This document shows, one piece after another, positions 8,625 through 16,918 of a stretch of 64,000 nt of DNA; position 1 is the stretch's first letter, and every line of letters starts with the position of its first letter. The notes beneath the pieces are model-generated. The model was given only the letters and a program-made list of their open reading frames with translations. It ran no database searches and was not told the DNA's origin. Made by a program: the position numbers and the translations under genes. Source of the stretch: Puniceicoccales bacterium (GTDB taxonomy: Bacteria; Verrucomicrobiota; Verrucomicrobiia; Opitutales; JAIRLM01); the NCBI GenBank assembly GCA_031282835.1, contig JAITCU010000022.1:1587-65586 (forward strand), given 5' to 3'.

Positions 8625-8653
8625 TTGACATTGTTTGCGTATTGCTTCATAAT
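8625..8653 (+). promoter_or_regulatory. Sigma70-like promoter TTGACA-N17-CATAAT immediately outside the IS right end
   Basis: TTGACA at 8625-8630, a 17-nt spacer, CATAAT at 8648-8653. Prediction from sequence only. Confidence 0.4.
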
Positions 8654-9608
8654 GCGCCTCGTGGATAGTTCCAAGTCTGTCAATGTGGCCAAGGCTGAGG
8701 CGTTGGTACGTGCTGCTACGGGTGAAAGTGGTTCCCTGGGTCCCCGGGAAACACCTACGGGTATGCTCTGGCGGGTGTCGGCTGGAGACATCGCCAAAAA
8801 TGTCAGCCGGCTTACCCACGCACGGATTTGCTATCTTTCGGGAATGTGTTCAGCTTGGCAAGCTTTCCTTACACTGTTTGGATTTGGGCCAGAACCAATA
8901 GGCGATACATATGAGAAAATTTTATTCCTTCTTGGCGTAAGTGAAAATAACGTTCGTCTTTTGAGCGCCGAAAGTTTAACCTTTACAAAAATAGATAAGC
9001 CGACTGGTCAATTTGTCTTTTTAGATCAAAGAGGCCGCGAGGTGGTTGTGAGTAATTTAGACGAGCTTAACGGGTGTGTCAATCTCACGGTCTTAACAAT
9101 AAACACGGCCCCAATTAGAGAAATAGATTTATCAGGATTAATAATGTTGACGTGCTTAAACCTTGCATGTTGCGAGGGCCTCGAAAAAGTGGTGCTTCCG
9201 GGGGAACGCGGAATTCCCAACTACACGTTAGAACGGATAAATGTAAGCAGTACTGCGATAACAGAAGTAGATATTTCTAATCTTCCTGGGGTGCGACATT
9301 TTTTTGCAAATACTTGCCCAAATTTACACAAAATTAATGCCGGCCCTAAAAATGGTGCCGTGCAGAGTATTCAAGCCTGTGATAATCCAGCTCTTAGGGA
9401 GGTTAACATTCAATATTGCCAAAAGTGTACCGCCATTAATCTGCGTGATTGCGAACGACTTGAATGTGTGATACACCCAACGGAGTTTGATGGTGTTTCA
9501 ACTATTCATCTTCAGGGTTGTCCAGCGCTTTCCCCTGAGACGCGGGCCAGCCTGAGCAAAATTAGCACCGGAAAATACGTGCATATGGACGAGGGACTGC
9601 GAGAATAA
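8652..9608 (+). CDS. Leucine-rich repeat protein, cysteine-containing (RNI/F-box-like) LRR type
   Basis: About 7 repeats of 20-28 aa in the C-terminal half (CVNLTVLTINTAPIREIDLSG, LTCLNLACCEGLEKVVL, CPNLHKINAG, CDNPALREVNIQYC, CTAINLRDCERLECV, LQGCPALS). The start is uncertain: TTG 8625, ATG 8652 (overlaps the predicted -10) or ATG 8763. Confidence 0.7.
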   Translation: MRLVDSSKSVNVAKAEALVRAATGESGSLGPRETPTGMLWRVSAGDIAKNVSRLTHARICYLSGMCSAWQAFLTLFGFGPEPIGDTYEKILFLLGVSENNVRLLSAESLTFTKIDKPTGQFVFLDQRGREVVVSNLDELNGCVNLTVLTINTAPIREIDLSGLIMLTCLNLACCEGLEKVVLPGERGIPNYTLERINVSSTAITEVDISNLPGVRHFFANTCPNLHKINAGPKNGAVQSIQACDNPALREVNIQYCQKCTAINLRDCERLECVIHPTEFDGVSTIHLQGCPALSPETRASLSKISTGKYVHMDEGLRE

Positions 9609-9825
9609 GATCATCACGTATCCGGACGCGTCCACTGCCGCCAGCGGCAACTTGTCCGGTGGCGTTGCTTGCCCCCGATGCGTCGTGGCGTTGGAATTGC
9701 CACCTCGCCCGCTGGGCTGGAGCCTGAGCAGTTTGGAATTGACATTTCCAAATTGGATTATAGTAAGGAATCCAGAAACAACACCTAACCGGGGTTGTGG
9801 TGACAATTTGGGGATACGACGTACT

Positions 9826-10494
9826 ATGAAGCAATTAACGTTAACAGCCAGGAAGCGGGCGGAACTGGGACGGGGTAATGCGCGGCGCATACGAAAGGGC
9901 GGCGAGATCCCGGGGGTTATCTACGGCGAATCGGGGAGTCTGCCGTTGTCCTTTGGCACGAAGGAGTTGCGGTCGGCACTGCATCAAATGGCGGGGAGCG
10001 CGGCGTTGATTTCCCTGACCATTAACGGGGAAGATGGCGTCCGATCGGCCATATTGGTGGAGTCGCAAAAAAATCCGCTGACGGATGAAATTTTGCACGT
10101 GGATTTTCACGAAATTTCCATGAAGCGGAAAATGACGGCGCACATTCCCGTGCGCTTGGAGGGGATAGACGAATGCATCGGCGTTCGGGAGGAAAGTGGG
10201 GTTTTCGAATTTCATACCCACGAGATCACCGTCCGCTGCCTTCCGCAAAATTTACCCTCGGAATATGCGCTGGACGTGACCAACTTGCATGTGAAGCACG
10301 CAATCCACATCAAAGATTTGCAGCCCATCGAGGGCGTCGAATTTGTGGATGCGCTGGACCTGGTCATCGCCGCTTGCAGTGAGATGAAGGCCGCAAAAAA
10401 TTCCGCGGGGACGGGTGAGGCTGCTGAATCGGCTACGGCTGAACCCGCACCAGCTCCTGCCGGAGGCGGGAAAAAAGAATCCGATAAAAAATAG
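9826..10494 (+). CDS. rplY: 50S ribosomal protein L25/Ctc
   Basis: MKQLTLTARKRAELGRGNARRIRKGGEIPGVIYG..., followed by a C-terminal Ala/Pro/Glu-rich tail. It lies upstream of pth. Start refined to ATG 9826. Confidence 0.85.
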   Translation: MKQLTLTARKRAELGRGNARRIRKGGEIPGVIYGESGSLPLSFGTKELRSALHQMAGSAALISLTINGEDGVRSAILVESQKNPLTDEILHVDFHEISMKRKMTAHIPVRLEGIDECIGVREESGVFEFHTHEITVRCLPQNLPSEYALDVTNLHVKHAIHIKDLQPIEGVEFVDALDLVIAACSEMKAAKNSAGTGEAAESATAEPAPAPAGGGKKESDKK

Positions 10495-10580
10495 TCGGTC
10501 TTTCCATTGCCATGGTGCAGAAGTCTGCCTAAGGTGCCGCTAGCCGATTTGAGGCTTACTATGGACAGGTGGAGGGAAAT

Positions 10581-11144
10581 ATGGCTGATGGCGCGCGGGG
10601 TACGGTTCTCCTGGTAGGTCTTGGTAACCCGGGTGCTTCTTACATCCACACGCGGCATAACTTGGGACAGTTCGTACTCGATAATTTCGCGCGGCACATG
10701 AACATTAAATGGGTTAATAATAAAAAACTTAATGCCGATTTGGCCCGGGGGAGCTGGGACGGTTGCCCATTTATTTTGGCCCGGCCGCTTAATTGCATGA
10801 ATCAGTCGGGGTACCCCGTGGCGCGTATTTCCAAATATTTCCATGTGGCAAACGGCCACGTGGCCATCATTTACGACGAAATCAATCTGCCGTTGGGTGA
10901 AATAAAAATTACCACCCGCCCGGGCGACGGCGGACACAATGGCATGGCGGACGTGTGCGAAAAGCTGGGGGAGTGCATTCGTTTCCGCGTGGGCATCGGG
11001 CACAAACCGGACAAGGAAATGAACCTGAAGGACTACGTCCTCGCCCGGTTTTCCGACGAGGAACAGGCGGCGCTTTTCTATGCCATGCCGGCAATTTTTG
11101 ATAATCTCAAAAATATTATCGCTAAACCGCCAACTTTCCCTTGA
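10581..11144 (+). CDS. pth: Peptidyl-tRNA hydrolase
   Basis: LLVGLGNPGASYIHTRHNLG and GHNGM motifs. GGAGGG lies 4 nt upstream of ATG 10581. Confidence 0.9.
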   Translation: MADGARGTVLLVGLGNPGASYIHTRHNLGQFVLDNFARHMNIKWVNNKKLNADLARGSWDGCPFILARPLNCMNQSGYPVARISKYFHVANGHVAIIYDEINLPLGEIKITTRPGDGGHNGMADVCEKLGECIRFRVGIGHKPDKEMNLKDYVLARFSDEEQAALFYAMPAIFDNLKNIIAKPPTFP

Positions 11145-11196
11145 CAGCGAGGGCAGCTCATATTGCATCGGGGCGTGTGGCTTTACGGGGTGATTG

Positions 11197-11484
11197 ATGC
11201 GAAAGAAGTATAAGGTTACGTTCGTTCTCGACAATCGGGAACAGGGTGAGTCCGTGGAAGATATCATGGGACGCATCTCTGGCTATGTGGAATTTTTGGG
11301 TGGTGCCGTCGAGAAATCGACAAATTTGGGAGTGCTTGATTTCCAACGTTACACGAACCGCCAATTCCGCGCGGGCACGTATGTGCAGTATCTCGTCGAG
11401 GCGGAGGGAAATTTTAATGCGGAGTTCAGAAATCGGTTGCGCCTTGACAAGGCCATTGACCGCGCACTCGTGGAAAAGATTTAG
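11197..11484 (+). CDS. rpsF: 30S ribosomal protein S6
   Basis: 95-aa protein MRKKYKVTFVLD...GTYVQYLVEAEG with an S6-like pattern. It sits directly upstream of ssb and rplI. Confidence 0.75.
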   Translation: MRKKYKVTFVLDNREQGESVEDIMGRISGYVEFLGGAVEKSTNLGVLDFQRYTNRQFRAGTYVQYLVEAEGNFNAEFRNRLRLDKAIDRALVEKI

Positions 11485-11521
11485 TTTGGTAAATTATAGT
11501 CAGTTTTGGAGATAAAATTTC

Positions 11522-11995
11522 ATGGCATCATACAATAGGGTCATACTGGTGGGTAATCTTACCCGCGACCCGGAATTGCGCACTACGCCTAACGGTACCT
11601 CCGTTTGCCGATTTTCCTTGGCCGTGAGCCGGCAGTTTCGCAATGCGGACGGCTCCTCCCGGGAAGAGGTGGTTTTCATCGAGGTGGATGCCTTCGCGAA
11701 GCAGGCGGAGACCATCGCGCGGCATATGACGAAGGGTAGCCCCATTCTCGTGGAGGGGCGGCTGAAGTTGGACCAGTGGGAGAGCCAAACGGGCGAAAAG
11801 CGGAGCAAAATCCTAGTTATCGCCGAAAGCTTTCAGTTTTTGTCCACCCAGCGCCGGCAGGACGGAGGTGGCGACTATGGCTCCGATGGCGGCAATCGTC
11901 GGGACTCGCGTCCGCGTGGCCCCGGTGGCGGGAAGCGTTACCCAGGGGAAGAGGTGGACGACGGTGCGGTCGGGGATGAAGAAATTCCGTTCTGA
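11522..11995 (+). CDS. ssb: Single-stranded DNA-binding protein
   Basis: MASYNRVILVGNLTRDPELRTTPNGTSVCRFSLAV (OB fold), a Gly/Arg-rich linker and the acidic tip DEEIPF. Confidence 0.92.
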   Translation: MASYNRVILVGNLTRDPELRTTPNGTSVCRFSLAVSRQFRNADGSSREEVVFIEVDAFAKQAETIARHMTKGSPILVEGRLKLDQWESQTGEKRSKILVIAESFQFLSTQRRQDGGGDYGSDGGNRRDSRPRGPGGGKRYPGEEVDDGAVGDEEIPF

Positions 11996-12017
11996 CGTTT
12001 AAATTGGGAGTGTAGCC

Positions 12018-12482
12018 ATGGCCACGAGGGAAGTCATATTGCTGAAACGAGTCCCCAAACTTGGCAAGGAGGGTGACTGCGTGAGCGTGAAGGCGGGGTA
12101 TGCGCGGAACTACCTCACCGTTCGGAAAATTGCAGTAATCAAGGAACGCGCCAATCGGAAGCAAGTGGAGGCGTTAATTCGCAATCGTGCCATCCGCGAG
12201 GCCAATGAGAAAGCCGAGGCGGAGGCGTTGGCGAAAAAGATCGCGGCCGCGCGCATCATTATGACCGTGCGCACGGGCGAGCAGGGGAAGCTCTTCGGCT
12301 CCGTTTCCGCAAAGGAGATCGTGACCGCCCTGGAGGCGCAGGGAATTTCCATCGACCGCGACGCACTCCATTTGCCTCAGCCCATTCGGGAGCTTGGCCA
12401 GCATCGCATCGACGCGAAATTGCATCCCGAGGTTACGACCCAGGTCATAATTGAAGTCGTTTCTGAGAACCCCATCGTCTGA
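12018..12482 (+). CDS. rplI: 50S ribosomal protein L9
   Basis: REVILLKRVPKLGKEGDCVSVKAGYARNYL matches the L9 N-terminal signature. Confidence 0.9.
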   Translation: MATREVILLKRVPKLGKEGDCVSVKAGYARNYLTVRKIAVIKERANRKQVEALIRNRAIREANEKAEAEALAKKIAAARIIMTVRTGEQGKLFGSVSAKEIVTALEAQGISIDRDALHLPQPIRELGQHRIDAKLHPEVTTQVIIEVVSENPIV

Positions 12483-12543
12483 TTTGATGGAGCACCGCGT
12501 GTGGCGGGATTTTTTGAAGATTTTTGCGTTTTGCAAAAAACGA

Positions 12544-12574
12544 TTGACAAACACCTACTTCTTAGCAGTATAGT
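12544..12574 (+). promoter_or_regulatory. Predicted promoter of cassette copy 1 (TTGACA-N19-TATAGT)
   Basis: TTGACA at 12544-12549, TATAGT at 12569-12574, with an A/T tract upstream. The same layout occurs in all four cassette copies. Confidence 0.5.
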
Positions 12575-12616
12575 CTGCGAATTCTCGAGGATTTAATTTA
12601 AAGAAGAAGGCTTAAT

Positions 12617-12847
12617 ATGAAAAATACCACCGCATCCACGACAGATGTTTTTGATGATGATTTGGAACTGCAAACGTCCCTAGTCCCAGAACTGGCACCT
12701 AGCTTTAAACTGGAACCCCCATTTTTATGGAAATTTCCTGCGTTTTTAGGACGGGCCAGCCCGCTGCGAAAGACATTTAAAAATGTTGCTAATAAACAAA
12801 AAACTGCGCTAGCTCATCCGATCGGAGAATCTATGAAAACCAATTAA
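12617..12847 (+). CDS. Small conserved ORF of cassette copy 1 (76 aa); translation unproven
   Basis: MKNTTASTTDVFDDDLELQTSLVPELAPSFKLEPPFLWKFPAFLGRASPL... An SD-like GAAGAAGG lies upstream. Paralogous ORFs occur in the other copies. Confidence 0.4.
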   Translation: MKNTTASTTDVFDDDLELQTSLVPELAPSFKLEPPFLWKFPAFLGRASPLRKTFKNVANKQKTALAHPIGESMKTN

Positions 12848-12999
12848 CAAAGAATAGATGGTGAATTATTGCCTGGGCCAATGGGTCGAAGACAATAACA
12901 ACATTAAACCTTCTGACTTTGATTTACATCACAAAAATCTTTCAGCGAGCATTTTAATGTAATATCTATTTCAATATTAATGCCAGCCGGAGCAACCAT

Positions 13000-14586
13000 A
13001 TGCCAATGATAAATTTTACACTCCCAAAAAATTCGTATTTTAATAGTGGCCTACCGTCCAGGTGTCCTTCCACATGCCTTGGAAGGGCGTCGCTGCGGGG
13101 CAATGAATTTTTTTATTCCCCCAGGCGGGCAACCCAGTCTAGTTTTCTGAGTGTCGTGGCAAGGGAGGGAAAAAAATCCGAAAATTCCGCGGATTCTCTA
13201 AAGAAAAATGATCTGCGTTCCATGCCCTACTCCATGGAGGTGGAGCGGATGCTTTTGGGCTGCTGCGTCCTGGAGGGTGGTCAGGAGAGCCTGGCTTTGT
13301 GCATCGAAAACAGGATCACCGCGGACTCTTTTTACTATCCCTTTCATCGGGTTATATTTGAGGCTATCTCCGACATCCACCGGCGGGGGCAACCCCTGCT
13401 CGAGGGAACCCTTCTGGAGTGCCTGGAAGCAACAAATCGCATACAATTGGCCGGTGGCCGCTCCTATGTCCTCCAGGTCTGCGATTGCATTGATAACGCG
13501 CTCCACATACGCCATTTCATCGACCGCCTGCGGGATTACGAGCTACTCCGCCGGATCATCACCGTGGCCACAAAAATCGTGGAACAAGCCTATGGGGCGA
13601 TGATGAGCGTTGCCCAATTCGTTAGCGAGGCGGAGGAACAAATTTATTCCGTCAGCCAGGACACCATCCGCCAGTCCGCGACGCACATAAAGGAGTCCGT
13701 AAATCAAGCCATCCAAATGGCCCAAATGGCCTTCATGCACCGGGGCCAGATTAACGGCGTGTCCACCGGGTTTATCGACCTGGACCGGATGCTGTGCGGC
13801 CTCCATGGAGGCGAGGTGATTGTCCTCGCGGCTCGGCCATCCATGGGCAAAACAAGCATGGGGCTTAATTTTGCCGAGTCCGCCATCCTACCACCAGCGG
13901 ACAGGGACCGGGTACCCACGCTGTTCTTTAGCTTGGAAATGGGTTCCGATCAGCTGGCCATGCGGCTTATCTGCGGCCGCGCGGGAATCGACATGTCCGC
14001 TTTGCGTAACGGGTACACGCCCGCGGGACAGGAATCGCGGCTGCTAAGTGCGGCCAAGGAATTTTCCGATGCGCCCCTGTGGATCGATGAATCATCAAAT
14101 TTGACCATCCTCGAACTCCGTGCGCGTGCACGTCGTGCATGCAGTCAATACAAAATCGGGCTAATCATCATCGATTATTTGCAACTTGTCAGCGGCATGG
14201 ATAGTCGCACGCCCCGGGAACAGCAGGTTGCGGAAATTTCCCGAGGTGTTAAGGCCATGGCCAAGGAACTGAAAGTTCCCGTGGTCCTCCTGAGCCAACT
14301 GAATCGCGAATCGGAGAGGGATGGGCGACAGCCGCGGATTTCGGATCTGCGCGAATCCGGTTCCATCGAACAGGATGCGGATGTGGTCCTGCTCCTGGCT
14401 CGCCCCCGGGGGACTAGTGAGGAGGACGAGCGTTCCGCTGCCGAGGAGGACACGCCCGCGGCGGGTTTTTCCCTAGTAGAACGAGAACTTATAATCGCCA
14501 AACAGCGCAATGGGCCCGTCGGAGTAGTACACTTACTATTTGACAGACGTTTGACAAAATTTAGAAACCAAGCCACACGGGAATAG
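13000..14586 (+). CDS. dnaB: Replicative DNA helicase DnaB
   Basis: PYSMEVERMLLGCCVLEG (N-terminal motif), Walker A AARPSMGKTS, IIIDYLQL and QLNRESE. The maximal ORF is given. The conserved region starts at codon 76, so the real start is probably between GTG 13156 and ATG 13222. Confidence 0.9.
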   Translation: MPMINFTLPKNSYFNSGLPSRCPSTCLGRASLRGNEFFYSPRRATQSSFLSVVAREGKKSENSADSLKKNDLRSMPYSMEVERMLLGCCVLEGGQESLALCIENRITADSFYYPFHRVIFEAISDIHRRGQPLLEGTLLECLEATNRIQLAGGRSYVLQVCDCIDNALHIRHFIDRLRDYELLRRIITVATKIVEQAYGAMMSVAQFVSEAEEQIYSVSQDTIRQSATHIKESVNQAIQMAQMAFMHRGQINGVSTGFIDLDRMLCGLHGGEVIVLAARPSMGKTSMGLNFAESAILPPADRDRVPTLFFSLEMGSDQLAMRLICGRAGIDMSALRNGYTPAGQESRLLSAAKEFSDAPLWIDESSNLTILELRARARRACSQYKIGLIIIDYLQLVSGMDSRTPREQQVAEISRGVKAMAKELKVPVVLLSQLNRESERDGRQPRISDLRESGSIEQDADVVLLLARPRGTSEEDERSAAEEDTPAAGFSLVERELIIAKQRNGPVGVVHLLFDRRLTKFRNQATRE

Positions 14587-14587
14587 A

Positions 14588-16918
14588 ATGAGCGGACATG
14601 GGAGATTTTTAGGATTTGTTGTTGGGCTCTTAGTTGCATCGCAATGCCCAGCGGTTATAGGAGATGTGATCGTCGGAAGTTTGGACGTTGAAGTTCATGG
14701 CAATGCCCCAATTAACCACGCGGCAATTCTTTCGCATATTAAAATTAAAGAAGGCGATGTCTTTAAGCAAGAGTTTAACGACGCTTCCATTCGCTCGCTC
14801 TATGCAACCGGGTTGTTCGATCACATCGAAGTTCTAACGGACGCTGGCGTCGTGGACAATGCCATTGACGTGCGATACGTGCTTTATCCGCGTTGCCGCA
14901 TCGGACACGTGCTATTCCAGGGCAACCAGAAAATTTCCCAGCGCAAACTCCGTGCGGCCATAAAAACCAGGGATGGAAACATGTTGAATCCGAGCCAAAT
15001 CATGGCAGATCGGCTGGCCCTGGAAGACTTCTACCGCAAGCGGGGTTACGCCGATGTGCACGTTTCCCAGGATACTTCCGGCGAAGCGGATTCCCCCAAC
15101 GCGGATCTTGTTTTTGTCATCTCCGAGGGCCCGCGCCTTCCCATCGGGCAAATTACATTTGAAGGGAATAAGCACGTTCACTCCAGAGAGTTAAAAAAAC
15201 TCATGCACATGCGCCGGAGGACCCCCATTTCCATCCTCGATGGGAGTGGCTACTATTTGCCCGAATTGCTCAAAACGGATCTGGAAAAACTGCGGCATTT
15301 TTATCGCAACCGCGGCTTCCTCGACTGCACCATTGACATGGGATGCGTGCGCCGGGACGTCGACGCCAAGGGCCAGATGCGTCTCATCATAGCCATCGAC
15401 GAGGGTGATCGGCTTTCCGTTGGAAATATCAGTATTAGTGGAAACACGGTCTACGACAGCACCCGCTTGCTAAAATGTGTGGCGCTTCATTCAGGCGACT
15501 GGTTTTCTCCGGATAAAATTTCCCAGGCGGAGGATGCTATCCGCAATCTCTATGGCCGGGCTGGCTACATGGAGAGTTATGTGACCGCCAAGCGCCGGCC
15601 AAATCTGGAGGGCAGCACCATCGATCTGGATTTTGTCGTCCATGAATCCGAAAAAACCAAAGTGGGTTTCATCCATATCCGCGGGAATACGAAGACCAAA
15701 CATCAGGTAATCCTCCGCGAGCTTTCCCTGACGCCTGGGGAAACGTTTAACCTAATCAAACTGCGCAACAGCGAGAACCGCCTCCGGGAAACCCGCTATT
15801 TCGGGCAAGTGGTCCTTTCCCCAGAAGCGAGTTCCCTGCCAAATTCGCGGGATATTTGCATTGCCGTGGAGGAAGGAAGTACCGGCCGGTTTCATATTGG
15901 AGGGGCGATGAGTTCCCTGGAAAATATTGTGGGGACCTTGGAAGTAGGCCAATCCAATTTCGACTTGGCAGGGCATCGGGTGAAATGGCAGGGTGCTGGG
16001 CAGAAATTCAGAACACGGCTCGATGTGGGTACCCGAACCCAGCAAGCAACGGTATCCTTCGAGGAGCCATGGCTTTTCCAGCGGGAGTTGGCGTTTGGGT
16101 TAAACACCTTCTATCTCAAAAATGAGCACAGAAAATCGGACCACAACTACGGAGGCGAATCCTATGACGAGCGGCATAAGGGTTTCGACCTCTACCTCCG
16201 CAAGCGCATTGTTGAACTATTGGAGGGCAACAGTTATTATAAACTGGATCGGGTGGAGCTCTATAACGTGGCGCCGAACGCCCCCATGGGCTTGCGCATT
16301 GAAAGCTCCTTAGGGGCTCAATGGGTTTCCAAGGCGGGAATCAGCCTCCAGCGAGACTGTCGGGATACCCTACTCTACCCAACGCTTGGAAATAAGGTGG
16401 TTGGAACGGTGGACTTTGCCGGATTAGGCGGCGATGTGCACTATTTAAATCTGGACTTCCAATTTGGACAATGGCTTAAACTCTCCGATTATCACACGCA
16501 GACACTTGCGTTTTTGGGAAAAATGGGAACAATGAAGCCATACCGGCGGAAGTACATTCCCTATTTCGACCGCAAATTTCTGGGCGGATCCGAATGGATG
16601 CGCGGGTTTGAATTCCAAGGCGTTGGACCAAGGGATGGCTACGGCGGGGCCGTTGGGGCGAATGGCTATGTTTACGGTGCTTTGGAATACAGTTTCAAAG
16701 TCACGGACCAATTTCGCCTGGCGCTTTTCACCGAGGGGGCTTACACGGGGCGTAAATTTATGTGCCTGGATCAACCGTTCTATAACGATATTGGCGTGGA
16801 ACTGCGCCTGTTCGTCATGAACGCGCCCCTGCGGCTAATCTTCGGGTATCCAACCCATGGCGATAAATACTACCCGCATAAGCTGCAGTTTAATTTCGCA
16901 TTTAGCGGAGCATTCTAG
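14588..16918 (+). CDS. bamA: Outer membrane protein assembly factor BamA
   Basis: 776 aa with a signal peptide, POTRA-like repeats (IKEGDVF...SIRSLYATGLFDHIEV) and a C-terminal Omp85 barrel ending in F. Confidence 0.88.
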   Translation: MSGHGRFLGFVVGLLVASQCPAVIGDVIVGSLDVEVHGNAPINHAAILSHIKIKEGDVFKQEFNDASIRSLYATGLFDHIEVLTDAGVVDNAIDVRYVLYPRCRIGHVLFQGNQKISQRKLRAAIKTRDGNMLNPSQIMADRLALEDFYRKRGYADVHVSQDTSGEADSPNADLVFVISEGPRLPIGQITFEGNKHVHSRELKKLMHMRRRTPISILDGSGYYLPELLKTDLEKLRHFYRNRGFLDCTIDMGCVRRDVDAKGQMRLIIAIDEGDRLSVGNISISGNTVYDSTRLLKCVALHSGDWFSPDKISQAEDAIRNLYGRAGYMESYVTAKRRPNLEGSTIDLDFVVHESEKTKVGFIHIRGNTKTKHQVILRELSLTPGETFNLIKLRNSENRLRETRYFGQVVLSPEASSLPNSRDICIAVEEGSTGRFHIGGAMSSLENIVGTLEVGQSNFDLAGHRVKWQGAGQKFRTRLDVGTRTQQATVSFEEPWLFQRELAFGLNTFYLKNEHRKSDHNYGGESYDERHKGFDLYLRKRIVELLEGNSYYKLDRVELYNVAPNAPMGLRIESSLGAQWVSKAGISLQRDCRDTLLYPTLGNKVVGTVDFAGLGGDVHYLNLDFQFGQWLKLSDYHTQTLAFLGKMGTMKPYRRKYIPYFDRKFLGGSEWMRGFEFQGVGPRDGYGGAVGANGYVYGALEYSFKVTDQFRLALFTEGAYTGRKFMCLDQPFYNDIGVELRLFVMNAPLRLIFGYPTHGDKYYPHKLQFNFAFSGAF

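Larger units (their letters stand above)
12544..12910 (+). repeat. Dispersed promoter/small-ORF cassette, copy 1 (subtype C1/C2)
   Basis: Aligns along its length with 22625-22255 (minus), and over the first ~250 nt with 56384-56130 and 62463-62215. Confidence 0.85.

Noticed and set aside
10212-11276. 354-aa ORF on the minus strand across pth and the rplY 3' end
   Set aside because: It is antisense to two well-supported genes (rplY and pth), has no recognisable motifs and has an Arg/Pro/Ala-rich composition typical of shadow frames in GC-rich coding DNA.
12490-12516. Intrinsic terminator after rplI (CCGC-gtgtg-GCGG followed by GATTTTTT)
   Set aside because: The stem is only 4 bp, which is too weak to call confidently, although the T-run is suggestive.
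12617-12847. Cassette small ORFs as lanthipeptide/RiPP precursors (IFDGDLEL resembles the FNLD-type leader box)
   Set aside because: The putative core has no Cys and few Ser/Thr. No LanB/C/M, cyclodehydratase or dedicated transporter is nearby, and the only radical-SAM gene in the window is NrdG-like and not operonic with any copy.
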